Below are positions 22,098-30,584 of a DNA stretch of 32,000 nt, one piece after another. The stretch's first letter is position 1. Each line of letters begins with the position of its first letter. The notes beneath the pieces are model-generated. The model saw only the letters and a program-made list of their open reading frames with translations, was not told the DNA's origin and did not search any database. The stretch comes from Sedimentisphaera cyanobacteriorum (GTDB lineage Bacteria; Planctomycetota; Phycisphaerae; Sedimentisphaerales; Sedimentisphaeraceae). The stretch is from NCBI RefSeq assembly GCF_001997385.1, contig NZ_CP019633.1, forward strand, positions 2,100,001-2,132,000, given 5' to 3'. Position numbers and translations under genes: made by a program.

Positions 22098-24488
22098 CTA
22101 TCTATTGCTGCCGGAGCTGTCTGCCGGTGAAATCTGTATTCTTCCGGATTCAAGCCCTTCAGAGCCTGCTTTAATTCTAAGCGGTTTTTCGCCTTCTACT
22201 CTTACTATGCACAAAACTCTGCCCTTGTATGCCGACCAGAGGCTTGTTTCTGAAAAGCTTCTGTGAGAGGTTACATCCCCATTTGATAAGGCGATTATTT
22301 CGCCTCCGCCATCTGCGCTGAATTCCAGCTCATTTTCGGCGTGTTTAACAACCCTGCCTTCAGAATCCACGACTTCTGCTCTTATGTGGCAGATTCCGTC
22401 TTCTCTGGGGGTGTCTTCAGCTGTAAGCCTAACTTTTGCAGGCTCGCCTGAGGTTTTCAATTCATAATTGCAAACTTCTTCGCCGTTTTCGATGCCGGCA
22501 GCACGCAGAACGCCTTTTTCGTAAGAAACGCCCTTAAACTTGACTATCCCGTTCGGGAAATCTGCGAGCTTTTTCTCGCCGATTTTTTTGTCATTAAGAT
22601 ACAAAGCAGCTTTCTTGCAGTTTGTGTAAACAGCGAGGTCTGCTGTCTGCTTATCTTCGAAATTCCAGCTTTCGGTAAGATTAGGCCAGCCCCACTGCCC
22701 AGTTTTAGAAAAATCGTCCGGGTCCTGCTTGTAAACCGCTGCATAAATGCTTGGTTTATCAGACCAGAATGCCTCGTAGAGATAAGAGCTTGCTTTCCTG
22801 AAGCCTGCTATATCGAAGAGCCCTGCTTTAGAGCCGATCTTCGGCCAGCCTGATTCGCCCAAATAGTCTATCCCAACCCAGAGAAAAACACCTGTGTTGA
22901 AATCGCTGCGAGCGGCATCGAGCCAAGGTGCGCTCTCAATCTTTGCATAACGCCTCTTATCACTGCTGTTGAAATATGTGTAGGATTCAGTGCTCACAAA
23001 CGGCTTGTCCGGATTGGTCTCGGCCAGCTCATCCGCCCACTGCTCGCCGTAGTTTAGGGCGATAAGATCCATATACTCGCAGGATTTGAGAATATTCTCC
23101 ACTTTCTTTTCAACGTTGTAATCTCCGCCTCTTCGCATACCTGAAACCACAGGCCTTGTAGGGTCGTGGTATCTGACAAAGCCGCCAAGCATCTTGAGAT
23201 AGCCGTTTTGCTCTTTGCTTCCAGCGGGAAGATTCTCGTTGCCAACGCTCCACATAACAACGCAGGGGTGGTTTCTGTCTCTCTTGATGGTGTTGAGATA
23301 ATTATCACGCCACTCCTCACGAAAATGCTCGTCTGCGAACTTCTCATTTTCCCATTTATCCACAAACTCATCCATCACAAGAAATCCCAGCTCATCGCAA
23401 ATATCGAGAAACTCCTGCGAAGGAGGGTTGTGGGCGGTTCTTATCGCATTGCAGCCAATATCCCTTAAGTTTTCCAGACGCCTCTGCCAAACGCCCTTGG
23501 GAACTGCTGCACCGAGAGTGCCTGCTTCGTGGTGAAGGCATACGCCCTTGAAATCAAGGTTTTTGCCGTTGAGAAAGAAGCCCTCTTCAGCATCGAATCT
23601 CAGACGGCGGATGCCGAATCTCGTTTCTCGCCGGCTCTTGGTTTCCCCATCTGAGGAAACAATGCTAACTGCTTTGTAGAGCTGCGGTCTTTGGGTTGAC
23701 CAAAGCTTAGGCGAATCAACTTCGATTTTCTGATTTATTTTCAGCTTCTCTTTGAAACGGGCTGTTTTTTCTGTTGAAATTTGCTTTATTTTATTCCCTT
23801 CAGGGCCGTATATTTCTGTCCTGAGGGAAAAGTCCTTCTTTTTTCCGTCATTCTTTACAGCAGTTTCGATCTTCACAGATGCCTTTTTACTGCTTACCTC
23901 GGGTGTAGTGATATATGTGCCCCAGTTGGTTATATGGAGGGGGTTTCTGAAGGTAAGCCAAGTATTGCGGTAAATCCCTGAGCCTGAATACCAGCGGCAG
24001 TTTGGGTGCTCTGAATTGTCAACCCGCACAGCGACCGTATTCTCTGCCCCGAAGTTTACGTAATCTGTGATATCGTGATAGAAGGTTGTGTATCCGTCGT
24101 ACTGCATACCGAGCGACCGGCCGTTAATCCACACTTCGCTGTGGCGGTAAATCCCGCCAAACTCAAGCTCAACCTGCTTTTCTGTATGTTCTGCGGGTAT
24201 TGAGAATTTCTTTATATACCACCCGATACCGCCGGGAAGGTTCGCATTGCGGGTTGGGTTATCCTTGCTGAACTCGCCTTCTGTGCTCCAGTCGTGCGGT
24301 AGGCTTAGCTTGCGCCAAGAGCTTGAATCAAACTCGGGAGACTTAAAATCGCCGTCGCCGAGATGAAAACGCCATTCGCTGTTAAAATTGTGCCTTGCAG
24401 GGTAATCTTCTGCGAGCGTTTTTGTGCAAAAAAACGCAGAAAATAACAAAAAACACCATAAAACGGTTTTGGGATAAGATTTCAGCAT
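22098..24488 (-). CDS. Secreted GH2 family glycoside hydrolase (beta-galactosidase/beta-glucuronidase-like)
   Basis: Signal peptide present. GH2 motifs: WRFHLGD, LPHDWS, GIGWY, GGIYRHSEVWINGRSLG, IRTAHNPPSQEFLDICDELGFLVMDE and HPCVVMWSVGNE. Confidence 0.85.
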   Translation of the reverse strand: MLKSYPKTVLWCFLLFSAFFCTKTLAEDYPARHNFNSEWRFHLGDGDFKSPEFDSSSWRKLSLPHDWSTEGEFSKDNPTRNANLPGGIGWYIKKFSIPAEHTEKQVELEFGGIYRHSEVWINGRSLGMQYDGYTTFYHDITDYVNFGAENTVAVRVDNSEHPNCRWYSGSGIYRNTWLTFRNPLHITNWGTYITTPEVSSKKASVKIETAVKNDGKKKDFSLRTEIYGPEGNKIKQISTEKTARFKEKLKINQKIEVDSPKLWSTQRPQLYKAVSIVSSDGETKSRRETRFGIRRLRFDAEEGFFLNGKNLDFKGVCLHHEAGTLGAAVPKGVWQRRLENLRDIGCNAIRTAHNPPSQEFLDICDELGFLVMDEFVDKWENEKFADEHFREEWRDNYLNTIKRDRNHPCVVMWSVGNENLPAGSKEQNGYLKMLGGFVRYHDPTRPVVSGMRRGGDYNVEKKVENILKSCEYMDLIALNYGEQWADELAETNPDKPFVSTESYTYFNSSDKRRYAKIESAPWLDAARSDFNTGVFLWVGIDYLGESGWPKIGSKAGLFDIAGFRKASSYLYEAFWSDKPSIYAAVYKQDPDDFSKTGQWGWPNLTESWNFEDKQTADLAVYTNCKKAALYLNDKKIGEKKLADFPNGIVKFKGVSYEKGVLRAAGIENGEEVCNYELKTSGEPAKVRLTAEDTPREDGICHIRAEVVDSEGRVVKHAENELEFSADGGGEIIALSNGDVTSHRSFSETSLWSAYKGRVLCIVRVEGEKPLRIKAGSEGLESGRIQISPADSSGSNR

Positions 24489-24838
24489 AATCGAAAGTCC
24501 TGAATTAAATAATAGTTGTTCTGCTGCATATTAGCGATGCATAAGTTTTTAATAGCTCGCTTAGTCTTTTAATGTAAAGATTCGCAGAAAGTATGACAAA
24601 TAAAATTTTGCTTGCAAAAAAAAGATGCGCAAAATATTGTTCATATACCTCTGGCCGGTCTTTGAACAGCTCTAATTTAGACAAATCCCTTCATGTAGCA
24701 GTTTTTCCTTTTGCCCCTTCAGAATTAATAAGCACTTCGAGCCGCTGCCTTTTCATCACGCCGGAACCAGAGGACTGTAAGGCCTAAAAACAAAGCCAGC
24801 CAATTCTTTTTTAAGATTATCTGCTTTTGTAACATCAT

Positions 24839-24866
24839 TGACCTGAAGAAAAATTAGACTACAATT
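24839..24866 (+). promoter_or_regulatory. Candidate sigma-70 promoter TTGACC-16-TACAAT upstream of the DUF2294-like gene
   Basis: TTGACC lies at 24839-24844 and TACAAT at 24861-24866, 38 nt upstream of the ATG at 24905. This is a motif match only. Confidence 0.4.
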
Positions 24867-24904
24867 CTCTTAGATTATTAACACTTAATTCACAAATTAA
24901 AGGT

Positions 24905-25306
24905 ATGCCTAAAATTAATAAAACCAAAGGCCAGTTGGAAGCGGAAATCAGCGAAGCTGTAATCCAATTTGAAAAAGAGTATATGGGGCGAGGCCCTAAA
25001 GAGATCAGGACATTCATCTTTGAGGATATGGTAATGATACGTATGCGAGGCGTGCTTACGCCTGCAGAAAAGCAATTGGCCAAGGTAAATAATGGAGATA
25101 CAGGGCGTATGCTGATTAAGCAGGTCAGAAAGGAACTGATCGAGAAAGGCAGAACACTTATTGAAGCGATCATAAAAGACCTGCTGAGTATAGATCCGAC
25201 AAGTATGCACACAGATATCAGCACAGTAACAGGGGAGAAAGTGATTGTTTTCAGCCTCTCTGAGAGCTTTGAATCTGCGGCTGAACAACACAGCGTTCAT
25301 CAGTAA
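24905..25306 (+). CDS. DUF2294 / MpsC-like small protein
   Basis: 133 aa. GQLEAEISEAVIQFEKEYMGRGPKEIRTFIFEDMVMIRMRGVLTPAEK fits the DUF2294 N-terminal pattern as I recall it. Confidence 0.6.
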   Translation: MPKINKTKGQLEAEISEAVIQFEKEYMGRGPKEIRTFIFEDMVMIRMRGVLTPAEKQLAKVNNGDTGRMLIKQVRKELIEKGRTLIEAIIKDLLSIDPTSMHTDISTVTGEKVIVFSLSESFESAAEQHSVHQ

Positions 25307-25313
25307 AAAAAGC

Positions 25314-25341
25314 TTGACAAAAATACGATTGTCTATAAACT
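25314..25341 (+). promoter_or_regulatory. Candidate promoter TTGACA-16-TAAACT for the leader of the 626-aa gene, flanked by TACGATT direct repeats
   Basis: TTGACA lies at 25314-25319 and TAAACT at 25336-25341. TACGATT lies at 25324-25330 and 25342-25348. An alternative perfect TATAAT at 25371-25376 lacks a good -35. Confidence 0.35.
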
Positions 25342-25374
25342 TACGATTCTGGCAGCACAGCGAAGAGGCATATA

Positions 25375-25425
25375 ATGTCTGTTCAAAGCGGGGCCTTTAT
25401 AGTTTGGCAGATTAACTGCGTGTGA
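25375..25425 (+). CDS. Candidate 16-codon leader ORF (MSVQSGAFIVWQINCV)
   Basis: AAGAGG at 25363-25368 lies 6 nt upstream of the ATG at 25375, and the stop is at 25423-25425. The ORF ends 25 nt before the alternative hairpins. Confidence 0.3.
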   Translation: MSVQSGAFIVWQINCV

Positions 25426-25450
25426 TTTGTGAATAAACGGATGGCAAGCA

Positions 25451-25496
25451 GTCGATACGCCATCGACCCCTCGGAAGGGATCGTTGGTTTTTTTTT
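25451..25496 (+). terminator. Leader terminator/attenuator with a competing upstream hairpin
   Basis: The hairpin gtcgat(25451-56)/atcgac(25462-67) shares its 3' arm with the terminator stem cgacccc(25464-70)/gggatcg(25477-83). A T9 run follows at 25488-25496, 110 nt upstream of the start codon. Confidence 0.5.
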
Positions 25497-25605
25497 GCCA
25501 TGAAAATCAACCAAATATCCCTTCCCGAATAATTCCAAAGAAATATAATAGAATTAAAAATACTGTCGGCTCTGAAATTAATATGCAGTTAAAGGAACAG
25601 AAAAA

Positions 25606-27486
25606 ATGAAGACAAATATGCCAGATAATTTAATACTTTCGGATAAATTAGCAGATATATTTGCTAAAGCGCCCTCTGTACAGTTCGCTTCGGGTATTGA
25701 AGACCTTGAGAGTCTTGCCTGCGGCAGCAGCGATAACAGCGAATGGACAGTTTCATATACTCTCCCGGACGGCCGGAAAATGGATGAAGTTAATGTGGTT
25801 CGCGTTAAGAACGGGATCAGCGCGAACTATACCGAGGCATATATGCGTCGGCGTGATCCGAACTGCATGGTTGTGGCTGATGAGAATCCTTCTGATAAGC
25901 CCAAATTCCATGACCGTTTCGGCCATTCTTTTGAGCAGACCCGTCAAGAAACCTTCGACTGGCTCTCTGAGCAGGATTTGGCAGTTTTCGCCTTTGAAAT
26001 GGGCTCAAGCGGCTTAGGGGGAGATGCTTTGGCAGTCTGTCCTGCTAACGCCTGCTTTTTTGCTTTTGGTCTTGGACTGCTCCAAGGCGTTCTTGATGTA
26101 AGGAAGCTTAATCGTTCTTTCAAGCCCTCCTTTATTATATATGTTGCACCGCCTTTCCGGCATACCCACTTTGAAGGCCGTCAGGTAGTAGTCCACAATC
26201 GCGTTGAAGAGCACGAGATGTTCTCATACAATCTCTACCCTGGGCCAAGTGCCAAAAAAGGTGTTTACGGGGCTCTGATTAATATGGGTGTTCGCGAGAA
26301 CTGGGTTACAGCGCACTGCTCTGCGGTGGAGGTTGTAACGCCTTACGACAACATCGTTACATTTATGCACGAAGGTGCCAGCGGCGGGGGTAAAAGCGAG
26401 ATGCTCCAGCAGCCGCATCGTCTCCCGGACGGGCAAATTCAGATTGGCAGAAATATAATTACCGACGAACAAAAGTTTCTCGAAATCCGCAGAACCTGCG
26501 ACCTGCATCCGGTATGCGATGATATGGCGATGTGCCACTCCTCCTTTCAGAAGGATGACGGCAAACTGCGGGTTATGGATGCCGAAGACGGATGGTTTGT
26601 ACGCGTAAATCATATCACTAATTACGGGACTGACCACGACCTCGAGCATCTTACAGTACATCCCCCGAAGTCTTTACTGTTTTTGAATATTGATGTGGTT
26701 TCCGGAGGCACAGCTCTTATATGGGAGCACCTTGAGGATGAGCCGGGCGTTCCTTGTCCGAATCCGAGGGTTGTTCTCCCGAGACGAATAGTACCTGATT
26801 CTGTTGAGGGCAATGTTGCCGTCGATATCCGCTCCTTCGGCGTGCGCACTCCTCCATGCACAAAAGACAAACCAACCTACGGAATCATTGGGCTGTTCCA
26901 TATTCTTCCGCCTGCATTGGCTTGGCTCTGGCGTCTTGTCGCTCCGCGTGGTTATTCGAATCCGAGCATTGTTGATGAAGGTGCGATGAGCAGTGAAGGT
27001 GTGGGCAGTTATTGGCCGTTTACAACAGGACGAAAGGTGGATCAGGCAAACCTGCTGCTCCAGCAATTTGTCGATTCAACCCGAACCCGTTACATCCTCA
27101 CTCCCAACCAGCATATCGGTGCGTGGGAGACAGGTTTTATGCCTCAGTGGCTCGCCAGAGACTATCTGGCAAGACGCGGGCACGCTCAATTTCGTCCAGG
27201 CCAGCTCAAATCATCAAGACTGCCTCTGCTTGGCTATGCACTGAATAACATTCGAATTGAAGGGATTAACGTACCTCGCGAACTGCTTCAGGTTGAAAAG
27301 CAGCCGGAAGTAGGTACCGAAGGGTATGACAATGGCTCAGAGATCCTGCAGAACTTCTTTGAGAGTGAGCTAAAAAAATATATGCATCAAGACCTGAACC
27401 CGCTCGGACGCGAGATTATTAACTGCTGTCTCGATAAAGGGAGCTTAGAGGATTACCAAAAGCTGATAAAAACGGCATCGCAATAG
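25606..27486 (+). CDS. Uncharacterised 626-aa protein with an HprK/PEPCK-like P-loop (DUF4914-like from memory)
   Basis: The Walker-A-like HEGASGGGKSEM is encoded at 26374-26400. There is no signal peptide or TM segment. An AGGA-type SD precedes the ATG. Family name is not verified. Confidence 0.6.
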   Translation: MKTNMPDNLILSDKLADIFAKAPSVQFASGIEDLESLACGSSDNSEWTVSYTLPDGRKMDEVNVVRVKNGISANYTEAYMRRRDPNCMVVADENPSDKPKFHDRFGHSFEQTRQETFDWLSEQDLAVFAFEMGSSGLGGDALAVCPANACFFAFGLGLLQGVLDVRKLNRSFKPSFIIYVAPPFRHTHFEGRQVVVHNRVEEHEMFSYNLYPGPSAKKGVYGALINMGVRENWVTAHCSAVEVVTPYDNIVTFMHEGASGGGKSEMLQQPHRLPDGQIQIGRNIITDEQKFLEIRRTCDLHPVCDDMAMCHSSFQKDDGKLRVMDAEDGWFVRVNHITNYGTDHDLEHLTVHPPKSLLFLNIDVVSGGTALIWEHLEDEPGVPCPNPRVVLPRRIVPDSVEGNVAVDIRSFGVRTPPCTKDKPTYGIIGLFHILPPALAWLWRLVAPRGYSNPSIVDEGAMSSEGVGSYWPFTTGRKVDQANLLLQQFVDSTRTRYILTPNQHIGAWETGFMPQWLARDYLARRGHAQFRPGQLKSSRLPLLGYALNNIRIEGINVPRELLQVEKQPEVGTEGYDNGSEILQNFFESELKKYMHQDLNPLGREIINCCLDKGSLEDYQKLIKTASQ

Positions 27487-27645
27487 GGCAAAGACAGGAT
27501 TTTATTGTATCTGCCCATTATTACGTTTACTAAAGCGCGGGAAGGGGATTAATGTTTGATGCGATTGCAGGGCTGAGCAGTTCTGATTACTGCCTGCAAA
27601 CGTTTACAGACTTTTAGGCTCCCCTTCCCGCAGCTTTGCCCTTTT
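27486..27645 (+). terminator. Long nested hairpin ending in TTTT downstream of the 626-aa gene (terminator or structured RNA)
   Basis: The outer stem is gggcaaag(27486-93)/ctttgccc(27634-41), followed by TTTT. A perfect 12-bp stem gcgggaagggga(27537-48)/tccccttcccgc(27620-31) lies inside it. The inner stem is ttgcagg(27565-71)/cctgcaa(27593-99). Confidence 0.45.
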
Positions 27646-27709
27646 AAATGCGTCCGGCCTAAAAAACGGGAATATTCAAGTGTTTGGGTGAAATCATGGG
27701 CGTTTTTTG

Positions 27710-27738
27710 TTGACTAAAAAACGTTTTTTTGTTATAAG
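27710..27738 (+). promoter_or_regulatory. Candidate sigma-70 promoter TTGACT-17-TATAAG upstream of pheA
   Basis: TTGACT lies at 27710-27715 and TATAAG at 27733-27738. The spacer contains the palindrome AAAAAACGTTTTTT. This is a motif match only. Confidence 0.35.
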
Positions 27739-27860
27739 TCCGTGGTTTGCTGGGGAAAGTTTGCGCATTTTTCGCAAATTCCTTTTTAATTAGTATGTTT
27801 TATTCGCAGCAGAACTATATATAGAATCTTCCGGCAGGTGGAAAACCTCGCAGGTTTATT

Positions 27861-28937
27861 ATGGAACTTGAAGATCTCAGAAAAAAAATCGACCAGATAG
27901 ACTCCCGTCTTGTGGAGCTTATCAACGAGCGCGCTAAGGTTGTCGTGGATGTAGGCAAGCTTAAGCGGCGTGACGGGAGCGTGCCTGTTTACGCTCCGGA
28001 CAGGGAATCTCAGGTTCTCTCTAAGATATGCGAGCTGAATAAAGGCCCGCTTCCGGATAAAACACTCGTTGCAGTCTGGCGTGAGCTTATGAGTGGGTCA
28101 TTCTTTATTGAAAGGCCGCTTAGGATATCGTTTCTCGGCCCTGAAGGCAGCTATTCGCATCAGGCATCCATGAAGAAATTCGGTCAGAGCGTGGATTATG
28201 TACCTCTGGCAGATATCAGGGGCGTTTTTGATGAGGTTGCCCGCGGACAGTGCGATTTCGGTATGGTTCCCGTGGAGAATTCCTCAGGCGGAGGCGTTGT
28301 GGAAACGCTCGATGCCTTCCTCGAAACACGGATTATGATATGCGCAGAGATGGAAATGCCCATCCACCACAACCTGCTCGCCAAGTGCAGGCTTGAAGAG
28401 ATTGAAAAGATATACTCAAAGCCCGAGGTGTTTGCGCAATGCCGCAACTGGATTACAGAGAATCATTTCGAAGGAAAGATTATCACCGAAGCCTCTACCG
28501 CAAGAGCAGCTGAGCTGGCCGCAGAATCTGAGAAATGCGCTGCGATAGGCTCCTCGCTTGCAGGCAGGATATACGGCCTCAACGTGCTCTATGAGAAAAT
28601 CGAGGACAAGCCGGACAACGTAACCCGATTCCTGATTATTTCAAGCCGCGATACGCCCAAAACAGGCGACGATAAAACTGCAGTCGTATTCACAACCCCC
28701 CACAAACCCGGAGCACTTTTCGATGTGCTCGGCGTGTTCGATAAATACGACATCAATCTTACGAGAATAGAATCCCGCCCGAATAAAACGAGGAACTGGG
28801 AATACCACTTCTTCGCAGATATAAACGGGCACAAAACCGATGAAAATATTATCAAAGCACTTGAAAAACTGCACGACAGGACAATACAGGTTCAGATACT
28901 TGGCAGTTTCCCCAGATATACGGGCGAACCGGATTAG
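27861..28937 (+). CDS. pheA: Bifunctional chorismate mutase / prephenate dehydratase (P-protein)
   Basis: The N-terminal chorismate mutase helix reads LRKKIDQIDSRLVELINERAKVV. The prephenate dehydratase domain reads ISFLGPEGSYSHQA ... VPVENSSGG ... TRFLII. A C-terminal ACT domain (ESRP) is present. Confidence 0.9.
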   Translation: MELEDLRKKIDQIDSRLVELINERAKVVVDVGKLKRRDGSVPVYAPDRESQVLSKICELNKGPLPDKTLVAVWRELMSGSFFIERPLRISFLGPEGSYSHQASMKKFGQSVDYVPLADIRGVFDEVARGQCDFGMVPVENSSGGGVVETLDAFLETRIMICAEMEMPIHHNLLAKCRLEEIEKIYSKPEVFAQCRNWITENHFEGKIITEASTARAAELAAESEKCAAIGSSLAGRIYGLNVLYEKIEDKPDNVTRFLIISSRDTPKTGDDKTAVVFTTPHKPGALFDVLGVFDKYDINLTRIESRPNKTRNWEYHFFADINGHKTDENIIKALEKLHDRTIQVQILGSFPRYTGEPD

Positions 28938-28992
28938 TAAATAAACTTTTATAAGATACTACTTCTAAAACAGATAAATGGAGCATATTATA

Positions 28993-29829
28993 ATGAGAAA
29001 ACCATTCATAGCAGCAAACTGGAAGATGAATACCGACAGTCAGTATGCATTAGAGCTGGCATCAGGGCTCGAAAAGGCAATCGCAGATATTCAGGGTGTG
29101 GACGTGGCAGTATGCCCGCCATTTGTTTATCTTCAGTCTGTTGCGAAAAGCCTTTCTGTTGACGGTAACGTTGCAGTTGGCGCGCAGGACGTATATTTCG
29201 AGGGCAACGGCGCATTCACTGGCGAGATAAGCTGCGAGATGCTCAAAGATGTGTGCTGTTCATACGTTATCACAGGCCACTCAGAGAGAAGGCATGTAAT
29301 AGGCGAGAGCGATGAGCTTATCAACAAGAAAACCAAAGCTGCACTTGAAGCCGGACTGAAACCGATTCTGTGCATTGGAGAGCTTCTTGAGGAAAGAGAG
29401 GCCGACAAAACCAGTGAAGTTTGCGAAATGTTGAACCGTCATATCTGCCTGATTTTCAAAAGAGAGGCCGACAAAACCAGTGAAGTTTGCGAAAGGCAGC
29501 TTCGCGAGGGGCTCAAAGGCATCAGCGAGCAGGAGCTTGCTAACGTAACTATCGCTTACGAGCCAGTTTGGGCTATCGGTACCGGTAAAACCGCCACATC
29601 AGATCAGGCGCAGGAAGTTCACGAGTTTGTAAGAGGCGTAATCGCCGAGCTATACAGCAAAGAAGCTGCTGAAAATATCATCATCCAGTACGGCGGTTCT
29701 GCTAAGCCTAAGAACACCAAAGAGCTGATGAGCTGCAAGGATGTTGACGGGCTTTTAGTAGGCGGCGCTGGGCTCAAGGTTGACAGCTTCTATGAAATGG
29801 TGAAAATAACCGAAGAGCTTTATAAGTAA
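28993..29829 (+). CDS. tpiA: Triosephosphate isomerase carrying an in-frame 22-aa insertion
   Basis: Motifs AANWKMN, GHSERR, CIGE, AYEPVWAIGTGKTA and QYGGS are present. I prefer the ATG at 28993 (GGAG 9 nt upstream). The insertion is described in the findings. Confidence 0.9.
   Translation: MRKPFIAANWKMNTDSQYALELASGLEKAIADIQGVDVAVCPPFVYLQSVAKSLSVDGNVAVGAQDVYFEGNGAFTGEISCEMLKDVCCSYVITGHSERRHVIGESDELINKKTKAALEAGLKPILCIGELLEEREADKTSEVCEMLNRHICLIFKREADKTSEVCERQLREGLKGISEQELANVTIAYEPVWAIGTGKTATSDQAQEVHEFVRGVIAELYSKEAAENIIIQYGGSAKPKNTKELMSCKDVDGLLVGGAGLKVDSFYEMVKITEELYK
29393..29494 (+). repeat. Perfect 36-bp direct duplication separated by 30 unique bp, inside tpiA
   Basis: AAAGAGAGGCCGACAAAACCAGTGAAGTTTGCGAAA occurs at 29393-29428 and 29459-29494. 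The spacer TGTTGAACCGTCATATCTGCCTGATTTTCA lies at 29429-29458. Confidence 0.95.
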
Positions 29830-29951
29830 GTATAAGGGGATTGTGCCTTTATACCCTTTCAGTTTTTTAAAGAAATAATAAAAGCCTTGCGAACCGGCCT
29901 TATACAATGGTTTGTTCGCCGGCCTTTGAAGGAAATTTTAAAGGAAAACAA

Positions 29952-30482
29952 ATGCTTCTACCATTTGCCAAAGTACCGGTAATAATGAGTATCATAGCGG
30001 TGATATGGGCTCTCTCTGGCCTTCTGCTGATACTTATCATCCTTATACAAAAAGGTAAAGGCGGAGGGCTAGGTTCTGCATTCGGCGGTGCCGGTTCTAC
30101 GAGCCTTCTGGGAACTAAGACCGGAGACTTCCTTACGTGGGTAACGATAGGGCTTGTTTCGGTGTTCCTTATTTTCAGTGTGGTAATGGCGAAATATTAC
30201 CGCCCCAGTGATCTGGAACAGCTCAAACAGAAAGAGCCGGATATTGAGGCTGTTGATGAGTCTATGCTTATAGACGAAGAGGCAGAAAAATCCGGCCAGA
30301 GCGAAACAGGTCAGCAGGAAGCTGAGCAAACCGGTGAGGATATTGAGAGTCAGCTTGAAAGCTCTGCTGATGAAATTCAGCAGTCTGCCGAGCAAAGCGC
30401 CGGTGAAGCAGAAGAGCAGCTCAAATCGATTGGCAGTGAGGCCGCAGAAAAGGCAGCCGAGCAGCAGGACAATACAGAGTAA
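29952..30482 (+). CDS. secG: Preprotein translocase subunit SecG with a ~100-aa acidic C-terminal tail
   Basis: LILIILIQKGKGGGLGSAFGGAGSTSLLGTKTGDFLT is the SecG signature, and the tpiA-secG synteny is conserved. I prefer the ATG at 29952 (AAGGAA upstream) over the track start at 29907. Confidence 0.85.
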   Translation: MLLPFAKVPVIMSIIAVIWALSGLLLILIILIQKGKGGGLGSAFGGAGSTSLLGTKTGDFLTWVTIGLVSVFLIFSVVMAKYYRPSDLEQLKQKEPDIEAVDESMLIDEEAEKSGQSETGQQEAEQTGEDIESQLESSADEIQQSAEQSAGEAEEQLKSIGSEAAEKAAEQQDNTE

Positions 30483-30584
30483 AGCTGCTTATATATAAAA
30501 AAATAATTACAGGGCAGCAGTGAGAAAACTCTCTGCTGCTCGTGTAGTTTGAAATAAGCATTCATCTATTTTAAAGGTTTTGCA

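Noticed and set aside
24593-24787. The 64-aa + strand ORF upstream of the DUF2294-like gene.
   Set aside because: It has no SD and a low-complexity translation. It lies in the divergent regulatory region between the GH2 and DUF2294 genes.
27795-27824. A 9-codon ORF MFYSQQNYI upstream of pheA could be a Phe/Tyr-sensing leader peptide, with the weak hairpin tttgcg/cgcaaa at 27769-27787.
   Set aside because: It has only one Phe and two Tyr codons and no SD. The hairpin precedes rather than follows the ORF, and no terminator lies after it.
29393-29494. The 36-bp repeat / 30-bp spacer / 36-bp repeat geometry looks like a minimal CRISPR array.
   Set aside because: There are only two repeats. Both are native in-frame tpiA coding sequence. 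There is no leader, no cas genes in the window and no repeat palindromicity. It is reported instead as an in-frame duplication/insertion.
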